64,000 nucleotides of DNA, from contig OZ244188.1 of NCBI GenBank assembly GCA_965216635.1, forward strand, positions 1,440,001 through 1,504,000. Direction: 5' to 3'. The DNA comes from a bacterium. GTDB lineage: Bacteria; SAR324; XYD2-FULL-50-16; G965216635. Below, piece by piece: positions 1 through 10,574 of this stretch. The notes beneath the pieces are model-generated. The model did no database searches. It saw only the letters and a program-made list of their open reading frames with translations, and was not told where the DNA came from. The stretch's first letter is position 1. Each line of letters starts with the position of its first letter. A program made the position numbers and the translations under genes.

Positions 1-2
1 AA

Positions 3-368
3 AATAAAAACTATTCCTCCTCTGGCTTGCTTTATCAAAAGATTGCTCAACTCTACAAGAAACAAATGTTTTCTACAAAAAGCATTCGGTACTACACAAA
101 AGCCATAGAAAAGTTTGCCACTCTAGATGATAATAACAAAGCTTTTTGTCTGTACGAACAAGCACTTGTTTTTAAAAATATTTTCCAATTTTCGCAAGCC
201 TTAGATTGTTTGCGAAGTTCGTCAAAAATTTTTATAACCTTAAATAATATTTCCTACGCTCTCAAATCATTAGAGCAGATAAGAAAAATACTTTTATCAC
301 AGGGTGAGGTCAATAAAGCTAGAGAAATAGAAAATCAAATTGTTCGTTTGGGACAGAAAAACCTTTAA
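3..368 (+). CDS. TPR-like helical repeat protein, 5'-partial
   Basis: Frame is open from the window start; A/L/Y spacing resembles TPR/SNAP repeats (LYQKIAQLY, YEQALVF, ALDCL). Confidence 0.5.
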   Translation, partial: NKNYSSSGLLYQKIAQLYKKQMFSTKSIRYYTKAIEKFATLDDNNKAFCLYEQALVFKNIFQFSQALDCLRSSSKIFITLNNISYALKSLEQIRKILLSQGEVNKAREIENQIVRLGQKNL

Positions 369-375
369 ACCGATT

Positions 376-1161
376 TTATTTTTTGGAATCTAGCTCATAC
401 CTTTCTACTACTTCTTTCATCAAGTTGATATAGGCAGTGGCTGCAGCTGAGTGCATTTGATAAGAAAAGATAGGTTTCTTGAGTGCATTGGCTTCCACGA
501 TAGCATTATCAAAAGGAATAATCGTTTGAAACACAGAACTTCCTAAAGTCTCGTATATCTGTTCACAGACCCTGCGGTGAACCAAATTATTTTCTTTAAA
601 CATTGTGAACAACAGTCCCGCTAACTTTAATTCTTTATTTTTGATTTGGAGTTGCAAAGATTGAAAATAGGTCAAAAAACGAGAAAGAGAATCTACTGCC
701 AGTTTTTCGCATTGCAATGGGAGAATAATATAATCAGAAGCATAAAGCACATTGATTACCAGACTATTTGTAGAAGCTGGAGCGTCTAGAATTACAAAAT
801 CATAGTTTCTCACTTTATTTTTCAGAGAACGTGTAAGGACGTCGTACTTATTACAAATTTGAAAAATAGCTTTTTCCTCAGAAGGATGGCGGATATTGGC
901 ACAAATTACATCTAGGTTGTTTTGTTCTCTCAATTTAGAAATCAATCTCTCTACGGGTAGATTGGTTTTCGTCAATAATTCCTTTGTTCCCATTTCTTTA
1001 GTGTCTTGGATGCCCAAACTGGTTCTTACAGAGCCTTGGGAATCAAAATCTATCAGAAGCACTTTATAGCCTCCAATAGCAAAAGCGTAAGCTAAATTGA
1101 CAGCACTGACGGACTTGCCTACTCCTCCTTTTTGGCTTGCTAAGGAAATAATTTTTGTCAT
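376..1161 (-). CDS. ParA/Soj family ATPase (orphan second copy)
   Basis: Deviant Walker A QKGGVGKS, LIDFDSQG, YDFVILDAP, PLQCE. Confidence 0.9.
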   Translation of the reverse strand: MTKIISLASQKGGVGKSVSAVNLAYAFAIGGYKVLLIDFDSQGSVRTSLGIQDTKEMGTKELLTKTNLPVERLISKLREQNNLDVICANIRHPSEEKAIFQICNKYDVLTRSLKNKVRNYDFVILDAPASTNSLVINVLYASDYIILPLQCEKLAVDSLSRFLTYFQSLQLQIKNKELKLAGLLFTMFKENNLVHRRVCEQIYETLGSSVFQTIIPFDNAIVEANALKKPIFSYQMHSAAATAYINLMKEVVERYELDSKK

Positions 1162-1222
1162 TTTCTTTTTAAAAAATTAACAGAAAAGAAATAGTTAAAG
1201 ATTTTTTGAGGAAAAACTAATT

Positions 1223-1402
1223 GAGACCTTTGCATTAGTGCTATGCTTACCCCACTATTGAGGCTAGCCAAATGGTTAGAAAAGTGCAAAAAAAAAATTT
1301 AGCTCGCAGCAATATCGTAGTGCCATAATAATAGGAGCAGGGACACTACAAAACTTGCGGTATGTGTTCTAAATAAGGTAAAAACGCTAATACAAAGGTC
1401 TC
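1223..1402. mobile_element. Palindromic MITE-like repeat, copy 1
   Basis: Ends GAGACCTTTGCATTAG / CTAATACAAAGGTCTC; internal modules shared with other copies. Confidence 0.8.
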
Positions 1403-2283
1403 TAATTAAAAATAAAAAAACAACCTATAATCGCTAGCACTGCTCCCAACCAAGCGTTGATATTGGGCATCTTTTTATCTATTAACCATAGCATAGGGAG
1501 AATAATAATGGGAGCAGTCGCTGCTAAAGTTGCTACAATTCCTGTGTTGCCACCGACTAAAGCGAAAACTAAAAGAGTCATTCCAACTACCATAGCCACA
1601 AAGCCGTTCAAAACTATTTGTACTAATAACCTAAAATTAAGCTTTTTCCAAGATTTAAAACGAGAACTCACTCTCACAAGGATTAAAGCTAAAGTTGCTA
1701 TTCCTATACGCAAAGTGGAAACTAAAATAGGATCCCCATCTCCTGTTTGAAATATTGGTTTAAGCAGCAATACGCCTACTGCTTGACACAAGGCAGCAGC
1801 TAAACCTAGTCCTACAAACTGCAAAGTTTTATGCAAAGGAATTCTGGCGTCTGCGGTTTCGTATCGGCTAGAAATGGCTATAAAAACTCCAAAACAAATG
1901 AGAATAGAGCCCAGCAAAGATTTCCAACTCCAAATTTCACTATAAAAGAAAAATCCTAAAATAGCTGTGAAAGGAGCGTGAAAAGAAAAAAGTAGCTGAG
2001 TCCTGCGAGGACCCAAACGACGGAGGCAAGCAAATAAAAAACTATCACCAAAAAAAATTCCAATTAGTCCCGATAAAACAATTAAATCTATTTGTTGAAA
2101 ACTAAAATTATGAAATTTACCGCTAAAAAAACAAAGAAGGGCTAAAATAGAGAAACTGAAAACCATCCTAATGCGGATAAAGGCAAATTCCCCAATTTCT
2201 TTCACGGGATAACGAGCCAGCATAGAAGCGCTAGCCCAACAAAAAGCTGCCCCCAAAGCAGCAAGGTAGTAGATGGAGGTCAT
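1402..2283 (-). CDS. DMT/EamA family transporter
   Basis: About 10 hydrophobic segments in two repeats; G-x3-GD...LGP motif. Confidence 0.85.
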   Translation of the reverse strand: MTSIYYLAALGAAFCWASASMLARYPVKEIGEFAFIRIRMVFSFSILALLCFFSGKFHNFSFQQIDLIVLSGLIGIFFGDSFLFACLRRLGPRRTQLLFSFHAPFTAILGFFFYSEIWSWKSLLGSILICFGVFIAISSRYETADARIPLHKTLQFVGLGLAAALCQAVGVLLLKPIFQTGDGDPILVSTLRIGIATLALILVRVSSRFKSWKKLNFRLLVQIVLNGFVAMVVGMTLLVFALVGGNTGIVATLAATAPIIILPMLWLIDKKMPNINAWLGAVLAIIGCFFIFN

Positions 2284-2349
2284 TTAGTGATCAATTTCTC
2301 CTTTAAAAAGTTTATATTTGAGTGAGATTGTTTTTCTATAACCCTTAGC

Positions 2350-3123
2350 TCAATCTCTAAATACACCATAAAATTCTATCTGATTCATTAAATATTTTAT
2401 TTCAAGTGGTTTTGCCCAGTTTCTATGAATCATTCTATGACAATTAGAGCAAATAGGGGTTAAATTTTTAATAGCTTGTTCTAAAGTTTTTTGAATATCT
2501 GTATCTTTATATTGGAATACTGGTTTCTTATGATGAATTTCAATAAATCCTTTACCAATTTTTTTCCCATAAAATTTTTCAAAATCAAATAAGCAACACT
2601 GACAAGAAATACGGTTGTTTTTTGTAAAAAAATTAATAGCGTAGTTTCTTAATTTTGTAGATCTTTCATATATTTCTCTTTGTGTGATTTTTTTTATTCC
2701 TTCTTGGATTACTATATTTTCATCAAAAGTTAGTTTCTTTCTTTCGCTATTTTTTTCTATATCTCTCAAATTTTTTTTAATATCTGAATATTGAAAATCA
2801 TTTGTAAGTAGATAACTTAAAATTTCTTTATTATTTTCTAAATACTTGGTTCCTTTAGGAGTAATTGACACCTTACCCTCTTTTTGAGCATCATATTTTG
2901 CATAACCTAATTGCTCAAAAGTATTATGTGCTTTTAAGTTTCTTACTTTTTGAGAAAATTTATCATCCTGTCTCCCAGCTAATATAGCTAAATCTTCTCC
3001 ATCTGGGTTCATTATTGAGCGTATTTTTTTAATCAACTGTGTAGTGGTTATTGAACCACCATTGCATTGCATTAAATATAGGGCTGGTAAAACTAATTCA
3101 ATCTCGGATATTCTATCTAACAT
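2350..3123 (-). CDS. HNH endonuclease with N-terminal winged-helix-like domain
   Basis: CQCC...IEIHHKKP...NLTPICSNCHRMIH (McrA-like Zn-HNH); overlaps the methyltransferase 3' end. Confidence 0.8.
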   Translation of the reverse strand: MLDRISEIELVLPALYLMQCNGGSITTTQLIKKIRSIMNPDGEDLAILAGRQDDKFSQKVRNLKAHNTFEQLGYAKYDAQKEGKVSITPKGTKYLENNKEILSYLLTNDFQYSDIKKNLRDIEKNSERKKLTFDENIVIQEGIKKITQREIYERSTKLRNYAINFFTKNNRISCQCCLFDFEKFYGKKIGKGFIEIHHKKPVFQYKDTDIQKTLEQAIKNLTPICSNCHRMIHRNWAKPLEIKYLMNQIEFYGVFRD

Positions 3124-4234
3124 GTTGGTTTCTATAATTTTTACGATGTTCGTCTATCAAAGCTAATTTTCCTTGATTCTCAGAATACCAAAACATCCAA
3201 CCGTTACAACTTTTTTCATCTTTTATGATTGCTCCTATTTTATGGATTGAGCCTTGACCTATTCCATTTTTTATATTGCCATCTGCTAAAATAACTGCGG
3301 AATCTTTTTTATTTTTTGTATAAATAGTCTGATTTTCTTGTATGTAATTAGCCTTTAATAATTGCTCCATACTTACACGAGTAACCTGTTTTTTTTCTGG
3401 TTCTGTGATTCTTAAATGCTGAAAATTTTCTGTTTTTATGGATAAGAGTCTTTTTTCTGCAATTTTCACATAGTTAGTTTCCTTTTCTATACCAATACTT
3501 TTTCTATGGAGTTTTTTAGCTACAGCGCAGGTGGTACCACTACCTAAAAATGGATCTAATACCAAATCACCCTCATTACTACTAGATAAAATTATTCTTT
3601 TTAATAGCTCTTCTGGTTTTTGGGTAGAGTGAGCCTTTTTGCCGTTTTTATCTTTGATTCTTTCGTTTCCTGTGCAAAGTGGTATTTGCCAAACAGAAGT
3701 CATTTGCTTGCCCCCGTTTAACTGTTTCATTACTTGATGATTAAAAGTATATTTTTTCTGGGTTTCTGATTTTTTAGCCCAAATCAAAGTTTCTGTTGCA
3801 TTGGTAAATCTACACCCCCGAAAGTTTGGCATCGGGTTTGTTTTATACCACTGCACATCGTTTAAAATCCAAAAACCTAAATCCATCATAATTTTACCTA
3901 CTCTAAAAATATTGTGATAAGAGCCAATTACCCAAATGGTAGCATCTTCGCTCATAACTCTACGACAAACCGTAAGCCATTCTTTAGTAAATTTATCGTA
4001 TTCGCTAACCGATGAAAATTTATCCCAATGATCATCAACTCCATCTACTTTTGTTTGGTTGGGGCGATAAAGTTCTTGTTTGAGTTGTAAATTATAAGGG
4101 GGGTCGGCAAAGATAAGTTTTACTGTTTTTTCAGGCAGTTTTTTTAAAATATCAATACAGTCTCCGTTATAAATTCTATAATTAAAGCCAATAATGTCGT
4201 GCTTTGAAATGGTTATTTTTTTATCTCCTAGCAT
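3113..4234 (-). CDS. Beta-class N6-adenine DNA methyltransferase, M.HinfI/CcrM-like (probably GANTC)
   Basis: FADPPYNLQL, WVIGSYHNIFRVG, NPMPNFRG, HSTQKP, DPFLGSGTT; C-terminal GSIHKIG...CNGWMFW domain as in CcrM. ATG at 4234 preferred over 4261. Confidence 0.9.
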   Translation of the reverse strand: MLGDKKITISKHDIIGFNYRIYNGDCIDILKKLPEKTVKLIFADPPYNLQLKQELYRPNQTKVDGVDDHWDKFSSVSEYDKFTKEWLTVCRRVMSEDATIWVIGSYHNIFRVGKIMMDLGFWILNDVQWYKTNPMPNFRGCRFTNATETLIWAKKSETQKKYTFNHQVMKQLNGGKQMTSVWQIPLCTGNERIKDKNGKKAHSTQKPEELLKRIILSSSNEGDLVLDPFLGSGTTCAVAKKLHRKSIGIEKETNYVKIAEKRLLSIKTENFQHLRITEPEKKQVTRVSMEQLLKANYIQENQTIYTKNKKDSAVILADGNIKNGIGQGSIHKIGAIIKDEKSCNGWMFWYSENQGKLALIDEHRKNYRNQHVR

Positions 4235-4558
4235 TTTATTTTTTCTAAATATTTGATACACTTTTTTATGTTGATAATTTAGTAGTTATCTTATTATAGT
4301 ATTCATGGGTTTAATTTGTTATTGCTGATTATTTCTTAAATTTTTAACTCAAATTAAGCCTTTTTTAAAGACTTTTATAGCCTTTGATGAAATTCCAAAA
4401 AAAAAACAGTTATGTTCTGATGAGTGAAAGCGAAAAAAAGGAGCATGAAAGGAGTTTTAATTCTGTGGTTGTTAAAATTAGTCTAAAATAATTTTTTTCA
4501 AATTTTACCTGCTAAACCATAACATTTCTTTATTTTAAAAAAAGCTAAAATTCATAAA

Positions 4559-5245
4559 ATGGCTACCAAACAAACAATTTCTATATCAGGTCTTAATAAA
4601 TCATTTGGCTATCTTCAAGTTCTTGAAAATTTAAACCTTATTTTAGAATCAGGCAATTTTTATTTACTACAAGGTAGCAACGGGCAGGGTAAAAGCACTC
4701 TACTTAAAATTCTCGCTACTCTCTATACAGCTGATAGTGGAAAAATTAGATGGTGCGGTAAATCTATCCAAGATACTCGTGTAATGATTAGGCAAAACTA
4801 CCGCTCGCAACTCTTTTTATTACCACACGAGACTGGACTCTACGAAGAATTCACACCTTTAGAAAATCTTACTTTTTTTAGCTCACTCTACCAAAAAAAA
4901 ACAGAACAGAAAAAAATACTCTTTAAAAAAATCTTCCCAATTATCAAAGAATTAAAGCTGGAGTTGTTTTTAAATGTTCCAGTCAAAAATTTCAGTCAAG
5001 GAATGAAAAAAAAACTACTCCTTTGCTTAATGAATCTATTAAATCCCCAAATTATTCTTTTAGATGAACCTTATGCAGGACTAGACAGACAAGGAGTAGA
5101 ATATTTGAATAGCTCCCTTTCCGATTACTTGAAAAAAGGAGCTATTATTTTAGTGGTGTCTCATCAAAAAGAATCCTGTGGCAACCTCTCCAATAAATTT
5201 CTCCGACTGCACAAAGGGAAAATTATATCTCAAAATAAAAATTAG
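4559..5245 (+). CDS. ABC ATP-binding protein, CcmA-like
   Basis: GSNGQGKST, FSQGMKKK, LLDEPY, VSH; ENL-FF motif typical of CcmA. Confidence 0.7.
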   Translation: MATKQTISISGLNKSFGYLQVLENLNLILESGNFYLLQGSNGQGKSTLLKILATLYTADSGKIRWCGKSIQDTRVMIRQNYRSQLFLLPHETGLYEEFTPLENLTFFSSLYQKKTEQKKILFKKIFPIIKELKLELFLNVPVKNFSQGMKKKLLLCLMNLLNPQIILLDEPYAGLDRQGVEYLNSSLSDYLKKGAIILVVSHQKESCGNLSNKFLRLHKGKIISQNKN

Positions 5246-5315
5246 TAATTAATTCTAAATTATTTTTCCTTGACTATTTTGCTGCTAAGTTTTATCCTAT
5301 TATTTTATATTAATA

Positions 5316-5487
5316 TAGACCTCTGAATTTTTCAAAAGTCTATAAAATAAACTTTTGAATTTGCGTTCTGTTTAGCCTATACAGCGTTGAAAAAAATTTT
5401 TAACTCTTGAAATACTTCAGTATTCCTGCGAGCTAAAAATTTTTTTTGCCTTGCCTAGCCGTCACATAACGCAAATTCAAAAGTCTA
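5316..5487. mobile_element. Palindromic MITE-like repeat, copy 2 (about 140-bp copy preceded by a 27-bp ends-only mini copy)
   Basis: TAGACCTCTGAATTTTTCAAAAGTCTA at 5316-5342, then ACTTTTGAATTTGCGTT...AACGCAAATTCAAAAGTCTA. Confidence 0.85.
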
Positions 5488-5512
5488 TAAAATAAACTTC
5501 AAATTAAAAAAC

Positions 5513-5839
5513 ATGTTAGATTTAATTATAGGGACGCTTCACGCACTGCCACCTTCTGGAGGAGGCGGAGGCGATCAACCTTTTTGGGTGCAGCTTTTAC
5601 CTTTGGGTTTAATTGTTGTGGTTTTTTATTTTTTGTTGATTCGTCCTCAACAAAGAAAAGCTAAACAACAAAGAGCGTTGATTGCGTCTTTAAAGAAAGG
5701 AAATAAGGTGATACTTACTGCTGGGATTTATGGAACTATCAAAAACATCAGCAAGGATGGAACGGAAATCAGCTTAGAAATTGCAGATAAGACTGTCATT
5801 CGGGTGAAACGAGAATTTGTATCTAATAAAATCAATTAA
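5513..5839 (+). CDS. yajC: Preprotein translocase subunit YajC
   Basis: FYFLLIRPQQRK...LKKGNKVILTAGIYGTI; upstream of secDF. Confidence 0.95.
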   Translation: MLDLIIGTLHALPPSGGGGGDQPFWVQLLPLGLIVVVFYFLLIRPQQRKAKQQRALIASLKKGNKVILTAGIYGTIKNISKDGTEISLEIADKTVIRVKREFVSNKIN

Positions 5840-5866
5840 GCATAGCTCATAGAGTTTTGTATTTTT

Positions 5867-7885
5867 ATGCAACTTCGCTATAAATTTGTAGTTATCCTAT
5901 TGCTTTTTTTGGCAATTGTTTATGCTAATTATCCCAATGTCTGGGAATTGATTCCTGGTTTGCGTCAAGACAATACTGTTTTTTACAAAGAAAAAGAAAA
6001 GAATATACGACTAGCTCTAAAAAGTTTGCACGAGCTACAGCTTTTTTTAGTAGAAAAAGAAAAAGGACGTATCCAAGCAATAGGAACTAATGCTTCTTTT
6101 TTGCAAAGTCTTACTAAGCAACATTTAATTGGTGGTTTTTTTGAGAATTTTACAATTAAAGAAGAGGAAGGAAAAACCTACCTTTATCCGACGGATAGTA
6201 AAAAAAGTATATCAGAACTAGCGGAGCAGTTCAACCGTTTATCTCTCAATTCCAAAAAAATTGATAGCGTAGAATACCAAGTAGAAAAACAGCAATTATT
6301 TTTTTCACTCCAAAACAATCGGCTGCTTACCCCTATTTCTGAACCTGTTAAAACCTTTTTAGCAGATGAACTAGATTGGGTTTATGATGCCGCTTTAGGA
6401 GGTTATAGTTCCCGAAAGAAGAAGTCTGATTTGCTGATTAGTTTAGGATTGGATTTGCAAGGAGGTATTTATCTAGATTTAAGTCTTAATACAGAGGAGC
6501 TTTTTGAGAACCTGCTTAAAAATCTACGCGAAGATTTAAACTCCTATTTTTCTGAGAATAGTATCTTTGTTTTAGGTATACAGATTGTAGACAATCGTAA
6601 TTTAGAAATCAGACTAGACCCATCTCAAGAAATAGATTGGCAAGGTGATAAGCTGAGTAGTTACCTAAATAATGTTAGTATCCAAGAACAAGGAGAAGGT
6701 GTTTTTTTGGCAACTTTAGGTGATGCAGAAGTCAGTAGAATTCAAAAAAGGACATTGGAACAGGTTATCAATACGCTCAATAATCGCATTGACCAGCTAG
6801 GAGTTAAAGAACCTTCTATTCAACAAAAAGGAGAGGATTCTGTGATTGTGCAGCTACCCGGACAAACGGATCCTGCGAGAGCAAGGAGGATTATTCAGCA
6901 AAGCGCTAAGCTGGAATTTCGTTTTGTTGTAGACAACTCTGACTCAGAAAATCCAGGAAATAATTTAGTATTAATTTCTGAGATAAAAGATGAAAAAACA
7001 GGAGAAATTTTAGGCACTAATCAGATTGTGGTAGAAGATAGAGTTGTGTTGGGTGGAGAGTTGATTCGGGAAGCAAGAGTATCTTTTTCACAGACTACTG
7101 GACTACCCTATGTGACTCTTGTTTTTAATTCTAAAGGAGCTAAGGTTTTTGGAGAAATTACAGCAAAAAACATTGGCCGTAGACTAGCTGTAATTTTAGA
7201 TAACAAGGTGCAATCTTCTCCTACAATTCAAGAAGCAATTTATGGAGGGAATGCTCAAATTACGGGCTCTTTTACAAATAAAGAAGCTTCAGATTTAGCT
7301 TTAGTTTTAAGGTCTGGTTCTTTACCAGCATCGCTCATTATCAATCAAGAAAGAACTGTGGGAGCCTCTTTGGGAGAAGATTCTGTACGTGATAGTATGC
7401 TAGCGTTAGTTTTTGGATTTTTACTTATTATTTTATTGATTTTAGGCTACTACCGTATTTCAGGAGCTTTTTGTATTGTAGCTTTAGTTTTTAATATTCT
7501 TTTTATTTTTGCCGCCCTCTCTTATTTTGAAGCAACCTTAACTCTACCAGGCATGGCGGGAATTATTTTGACTGTGGGTATGGCAGTGGATGCGAATATT
7601 CTTATTTTTGAAAGAATCAAAGAAGAATTAAAAAAAGCTCATAATCTACAAACAGCCATTCAAAGAGGTTTTGAACTTTCCCGATGGACGATTCTTGATG
7701 CCAATATTACTACTCTTCTAGCGGCTGGAATTTTGTTTTATTTTGGAACAGGACCTATCAAAGGATTTTCGATAACTCTTTCCATAGGTATTCTTGCTAG
7801 TTTATTTACCAGTCTTTTTGTAACTCGTTTTCTTTTTGAAGTTTTTTATTTAAGAAATTTTAAAGCAAAGAAAGTTTCTATCTAA
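5867..7885 (+). CDS. secD: Protein translocase subunit SecD
   Basis: LGLDLQGG, RIDQLGVKEP, VQLPG, GMAVDANILIFERIKEE, DANITT. Confidence 0.97.
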   Translation: MQLRYKFVVILLLFLAIVYANYPNVWELIPGLRQDNTVFYKEKEKNIRLALKSLHELQLFLVEKEKGRIQAIGTNASFLQSLTKQHLIGGFFENFTIKEEEGKTYLYPTDSKKSISELAEQFNRLSLNSKKIDSVEYQVEKQQLFFSLQNNRLLTPISEPVKTFLADELDWVYDAALGGYSSRKKKSDLLISLGLDLQGGIYLDLSLNTEELFENLLKNLREDLNSYFSENSIFVLGIQIVDNRNLEIRLDPSQEIDWQGDKLSSYLNNVSIQEQGEGVFLATLGDAEVSRIQKRTLEQVINTLNNRIDQLGVKEPSIQQKGEDSVIVQLPGQTDPARARRIIQQSAKLEFRFVVDNSDSENPGNNLVLISEIKDEKTGEILGTNQIVVEDRVVLGGELIREARVSFSQTTGLPYVTLVFNSKGAKVFGEITAKNIGRRLAVILDNKVQSSPTIQEAIYGGNAQITGSFTNKEASDLALVLRSGSLPASLIINQERTVGASLGEDSVRDSMLALVFGFLLIILLILGYYRISGAFCIVALVFNILFIFAALSYFEATLTLPGMAGIILTVGMAVDANILIFERIKEELKKAHNLQTAIQRGFELSRWTILDANITTLLAAGILFYFGTGPIKGFSITLSIGILASLFTSLFVTRFLFEVFYLRNFKAKKVSI

Positions 7886-7923
7886 TTCAACAGTTTCCTG
7901 ATTTTTTAAGAAAATTATACATT

Positions 7924-8829
7924 ATGCAAATATTTAGAGAAGAACCAAAAATTGATTTTATTAGATTTAGAGTACCTACAGCTATCTTTTCTGTGTTTAT
8001 TATTCTTTTGGGAATAGCAGGTTTTTTTTTAAAAGGTGTAAATTTAGGGATAGATTTTCAAGGTGGGATTAACGCTCAAATACAATTTTCAGAAGAAGTT
8101 AATATTCGTCAACTTAGGACTTTGCTTGCTCCTAAATTAGGTTCAGAGTTTTCTGTTACCTATTTTGGTAATAGAGCTAACAATGAATTTTTGGTATCTA
8201 TTTCCAGTGAAGGAGAAAAAAATTCTAAAAAATATGTTGGCAGTCTTATCAAAGATACTCTTATCAATAATTTTCCAACTGTAGAAGTTCGCAGAGTTGA
8301 ATTAGTAGGACCTAAAGTAGGCTCTGAATTGCGACAAAAAGCGCTGCTTGCCATTCTCTGGGCTGTGATAGGAATTCTGATTTATATTACTATCCGCTTT
8401 GAATTTACCTATGCAGTAGGTGCTATTTTGGCTATTTTCCACGATGTTCTGATAATTGTATCTATTTTTATTTTACTTGGCAAAGAATTCAATCTTATTA
8501 TTGTAGCGTCCTTACTTACCATTGTTGGTTATTCTTTAAACGATACTATTGTGATTTATGATCGTATCCGCGAGAAACAAAAGGAAGTAGAAAGAGATAT
8601 AAAAGATCTTATCAATCTGGGAGTCAATCAATGCTTGTCTAGAACAATTTTAACTTCAGTTAGTACTTTATTGGTTGTTCTTACTCTTTATCTATTCGGA
8701 GGACAAATTTTAAACGATTTTGCTTTAAGTATTATTATAGGTTTAATAACGGGAACCTATTCTTCTGTTTTTATTGCAGGTAGTACTATATTTTATTTTA
8801 GAAGGAAAAAACTTTCCAATGAAAAGTAG
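7924..8829 (+). CDS. secF: Protein translocase subunit SecF
   Basis: LGIDFQGG, VGPKVGSEL, HDV, GYSLNDTIVIYDRIRE. Confidence 0.97.
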   Translation: MQIFREEPKIDFIRFRVPTAIFSVFIILLGIAGFFLKGVNLGIDFQGGINAQIQFSEEVNIRQLRTLLAPKLGSEFSVTYFGNRANNEFLVSISSEGEKNSKKYVGSLIKDTLINNFPTVEVRRVELVGPKVGSELRQKALLAILWAVIGILIYITIRFEFTYAVGAILAIFHDVLIIVSIFILLGKEFNLIIVASLLTIVGYSLNDTIVIYDRIREKQKEVERDIKDLINLGVNQCLSRTILTSVSTLLVVLTLYLFGGQILNDFALSIIIGLITGTYSSVFIAGSTIFYFRRKKLSNEK

Positions 8830-10574
8830 TGTATTTTCAATCTATCAAGGAAGAACTTCAAAGATATATTCAAAAGATTTTTCCAGAAGTTGTAGTTTCT
8901 AATTCTTTTCGTTTACACAAACCTCCCCATTCAGAATTAGGGCATTTTGCTTATGGCTGTTTTCCAATAGCTAAAACTCTACAAAAAAAACCCGCCCAAA
9001 TTGCAGAAAAACTCGCGAGCGAACAAAAAAAAAATTCCTTTCAGTGGATAGATTTTTTACAAAACGAGGCAGCTTATCTAAATATCTTTTTAAATTTTCA
9101 AAAATTAGGAGGAGCACTTTTAACAGAAATTCGTAATAATTCTGATTATACTAAAAACGAACTAGGTAAAGGGAAGCAGGTAATGGTTGAATTTTCATCG
9201 CCCAATACCAATAAACCGATGCATCTGGGACACGCCCGTAATAACGCTATAGGTTTTTCTTTAGCAAAAATCTTGGAATATTCTAGTTATGAAGTCATCA
9301 AAACCAATCTTATCAACGACAGAGGAATTCATATTTGCCAATCTATGCTCGCCTATCATCTTTGGGGAGAAAATAGCGAACCTAAAAAAGTAAAAAAAAA
9401 AGGAGATCATTTTGTAGGAGATTTTTATACTCTATTTCATAAAAAATATAAAGAAGATGCTTCATTAAAAGAAAAAACTCAAACTTGGCTACAAAAATGG
9501 GAACAAGGCGATGAAAAAATTTTGGCTCTTTGGCAAAAAATGAAAAATTGGGTAATGGAAGGTTTCCAAGAAACTTATCAGAGATGCGGAGTAAATTTTG
9601 ATAGATTTTATTTTGAAAGTGAAACTTATCTTTTGGGAAAAAAAGAAGTTAAAACAGCCCTAAAAAAAAAAATCTGCGTTCAAAATACTGATGGTAGTAT
9701 TACCATAGATCTGGAAAAAGAAAATTTAGGAACGAAAGTTTTGCTTCGTTCTGATGGAACAGGAGTCTACACTACCCAAGATATTGGCACAACAATTCAA
9801 AAGTTCAAAGACTATCCAAAACTTAAAAAATGTTTTTTTGTAGTTGGCAACGAGCAGTTACTCCATTTAAAAATCCTTTTTATGGTGCTAAAAGAATTTG
9901 GTTACGACTGGGCTGATTCTTGTCAACATATTAGCTACGGCATGATTCATTTGCCCGAGGGTAAGATGAAATCCAGAGAAGGCAAGGTAGTAGATTTAGA
10001 CAATTTAATAGACGAAGTAGGAGAATTGGCTTTAGCTGAATTGAAAAAAAGAGAGCATCTCAGTCGCAGCCAAGAAGAATTAGAATATACAGCAGAAAAA
10101 GTGGCACTCGCTGCGATTAAGTATTTTATTTTACGAACAACAATTCATAAAGATTTTGTTTTTGATAAAAAACAATCCCTTTCTTTTGAAGGAGATACAG
10201 GTCCCTATTTACAATATAGCTATGCTAGAATCTGCTCTTTATTGAAAAAAGCAGGTTTGGCTACTGAAAAAGATTTGGCTAAAAAAGATTTGTTTGTTGG
10301 GCAGACAAAATGGAACGAAGAAGAAATACAACTTTTGCTCACCTTTTTGAGTTTTCCCAAAGCGATAGAAAAATCTTGTTTAGAGCTAAATCCTAGCTTA
10401 ATAGCGGCGGCTACTTACGATATTTGCAGAAAATTCAATAAATTTTATTACGAAAATCCAGTATTAGAAGACAAAGAAAACAAAGAAAAAAGATTGCTAT
10501 TGGTTTTTTGTACCCAAAAAATTTTGAAAAATGCTCTGGAGATACTGGGTATTTTTCCTTTAGAAAAAATGTGA
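8829..10574 (+). CDS. argS: Arginyl-tRNA synthetase
   Basis: VEFSSPNTNKPMHLGHARN, KMKSREG, GDTGPYLQYSYARICS, C-terminal LEKM. Confidence 0.97.
   Translation: MYFQSIKEELQRYIQKIFPEVVVSNSFRLHKPPHSELGHFAYGCFPIAKTLQKKPAQIAEKLASEQKKNSFQWIDFLQNEAAYLNIFLNFQKLGGALLTEIRNNSDYTKNELGKGKQVMVEFSSPNTNKPMHLGHARNNAIGFSLAKILEYSSYEVIKTNLINDRGIHICQSMLAYHLWGENSEPKKVKKKGDHFVGDFYTLFHKKYKEDASLKEKTQTWLQKWEQGDEKILALWQKMKNWVMEGFQETYQRCGVNFDRFYFESETYLLGKKEVKTALKKKICVQNTDGSITIDLEKENLGTKVLLRSDGTGVYTTQDIGTTIQKFKDYPKLKKCFFVVGNEQLLHLKILFMVLKEFGYDWADSCQHISYGMIHLPEGKMKSREGKVVDLDNLIDEVGELALAELKKREHLSRSQEELEYTAEKVALAAIKYFILRTTIHKDFVFDKKQSLSFEGDTGPYLQYSYARICSLLKKAGLATEKDLAKKDLFVGQTKWNEEEIQLLLTFLSFPKAIEKSCLELNPSLIAAATYDICRKFNKFYYENPVLEDKENKEKRLLLVFCTQKILKNALEILGIFPLEKM

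Noticed and set aside
4405..4447. Hammerhead-like core CTGATGA-GTGAAAGC-GAAA
   Set aside because: Core and a minimal stem II are present, but I could not place stem III with an NUH cleavage triplet in any topology; an Infernal search would settle it.
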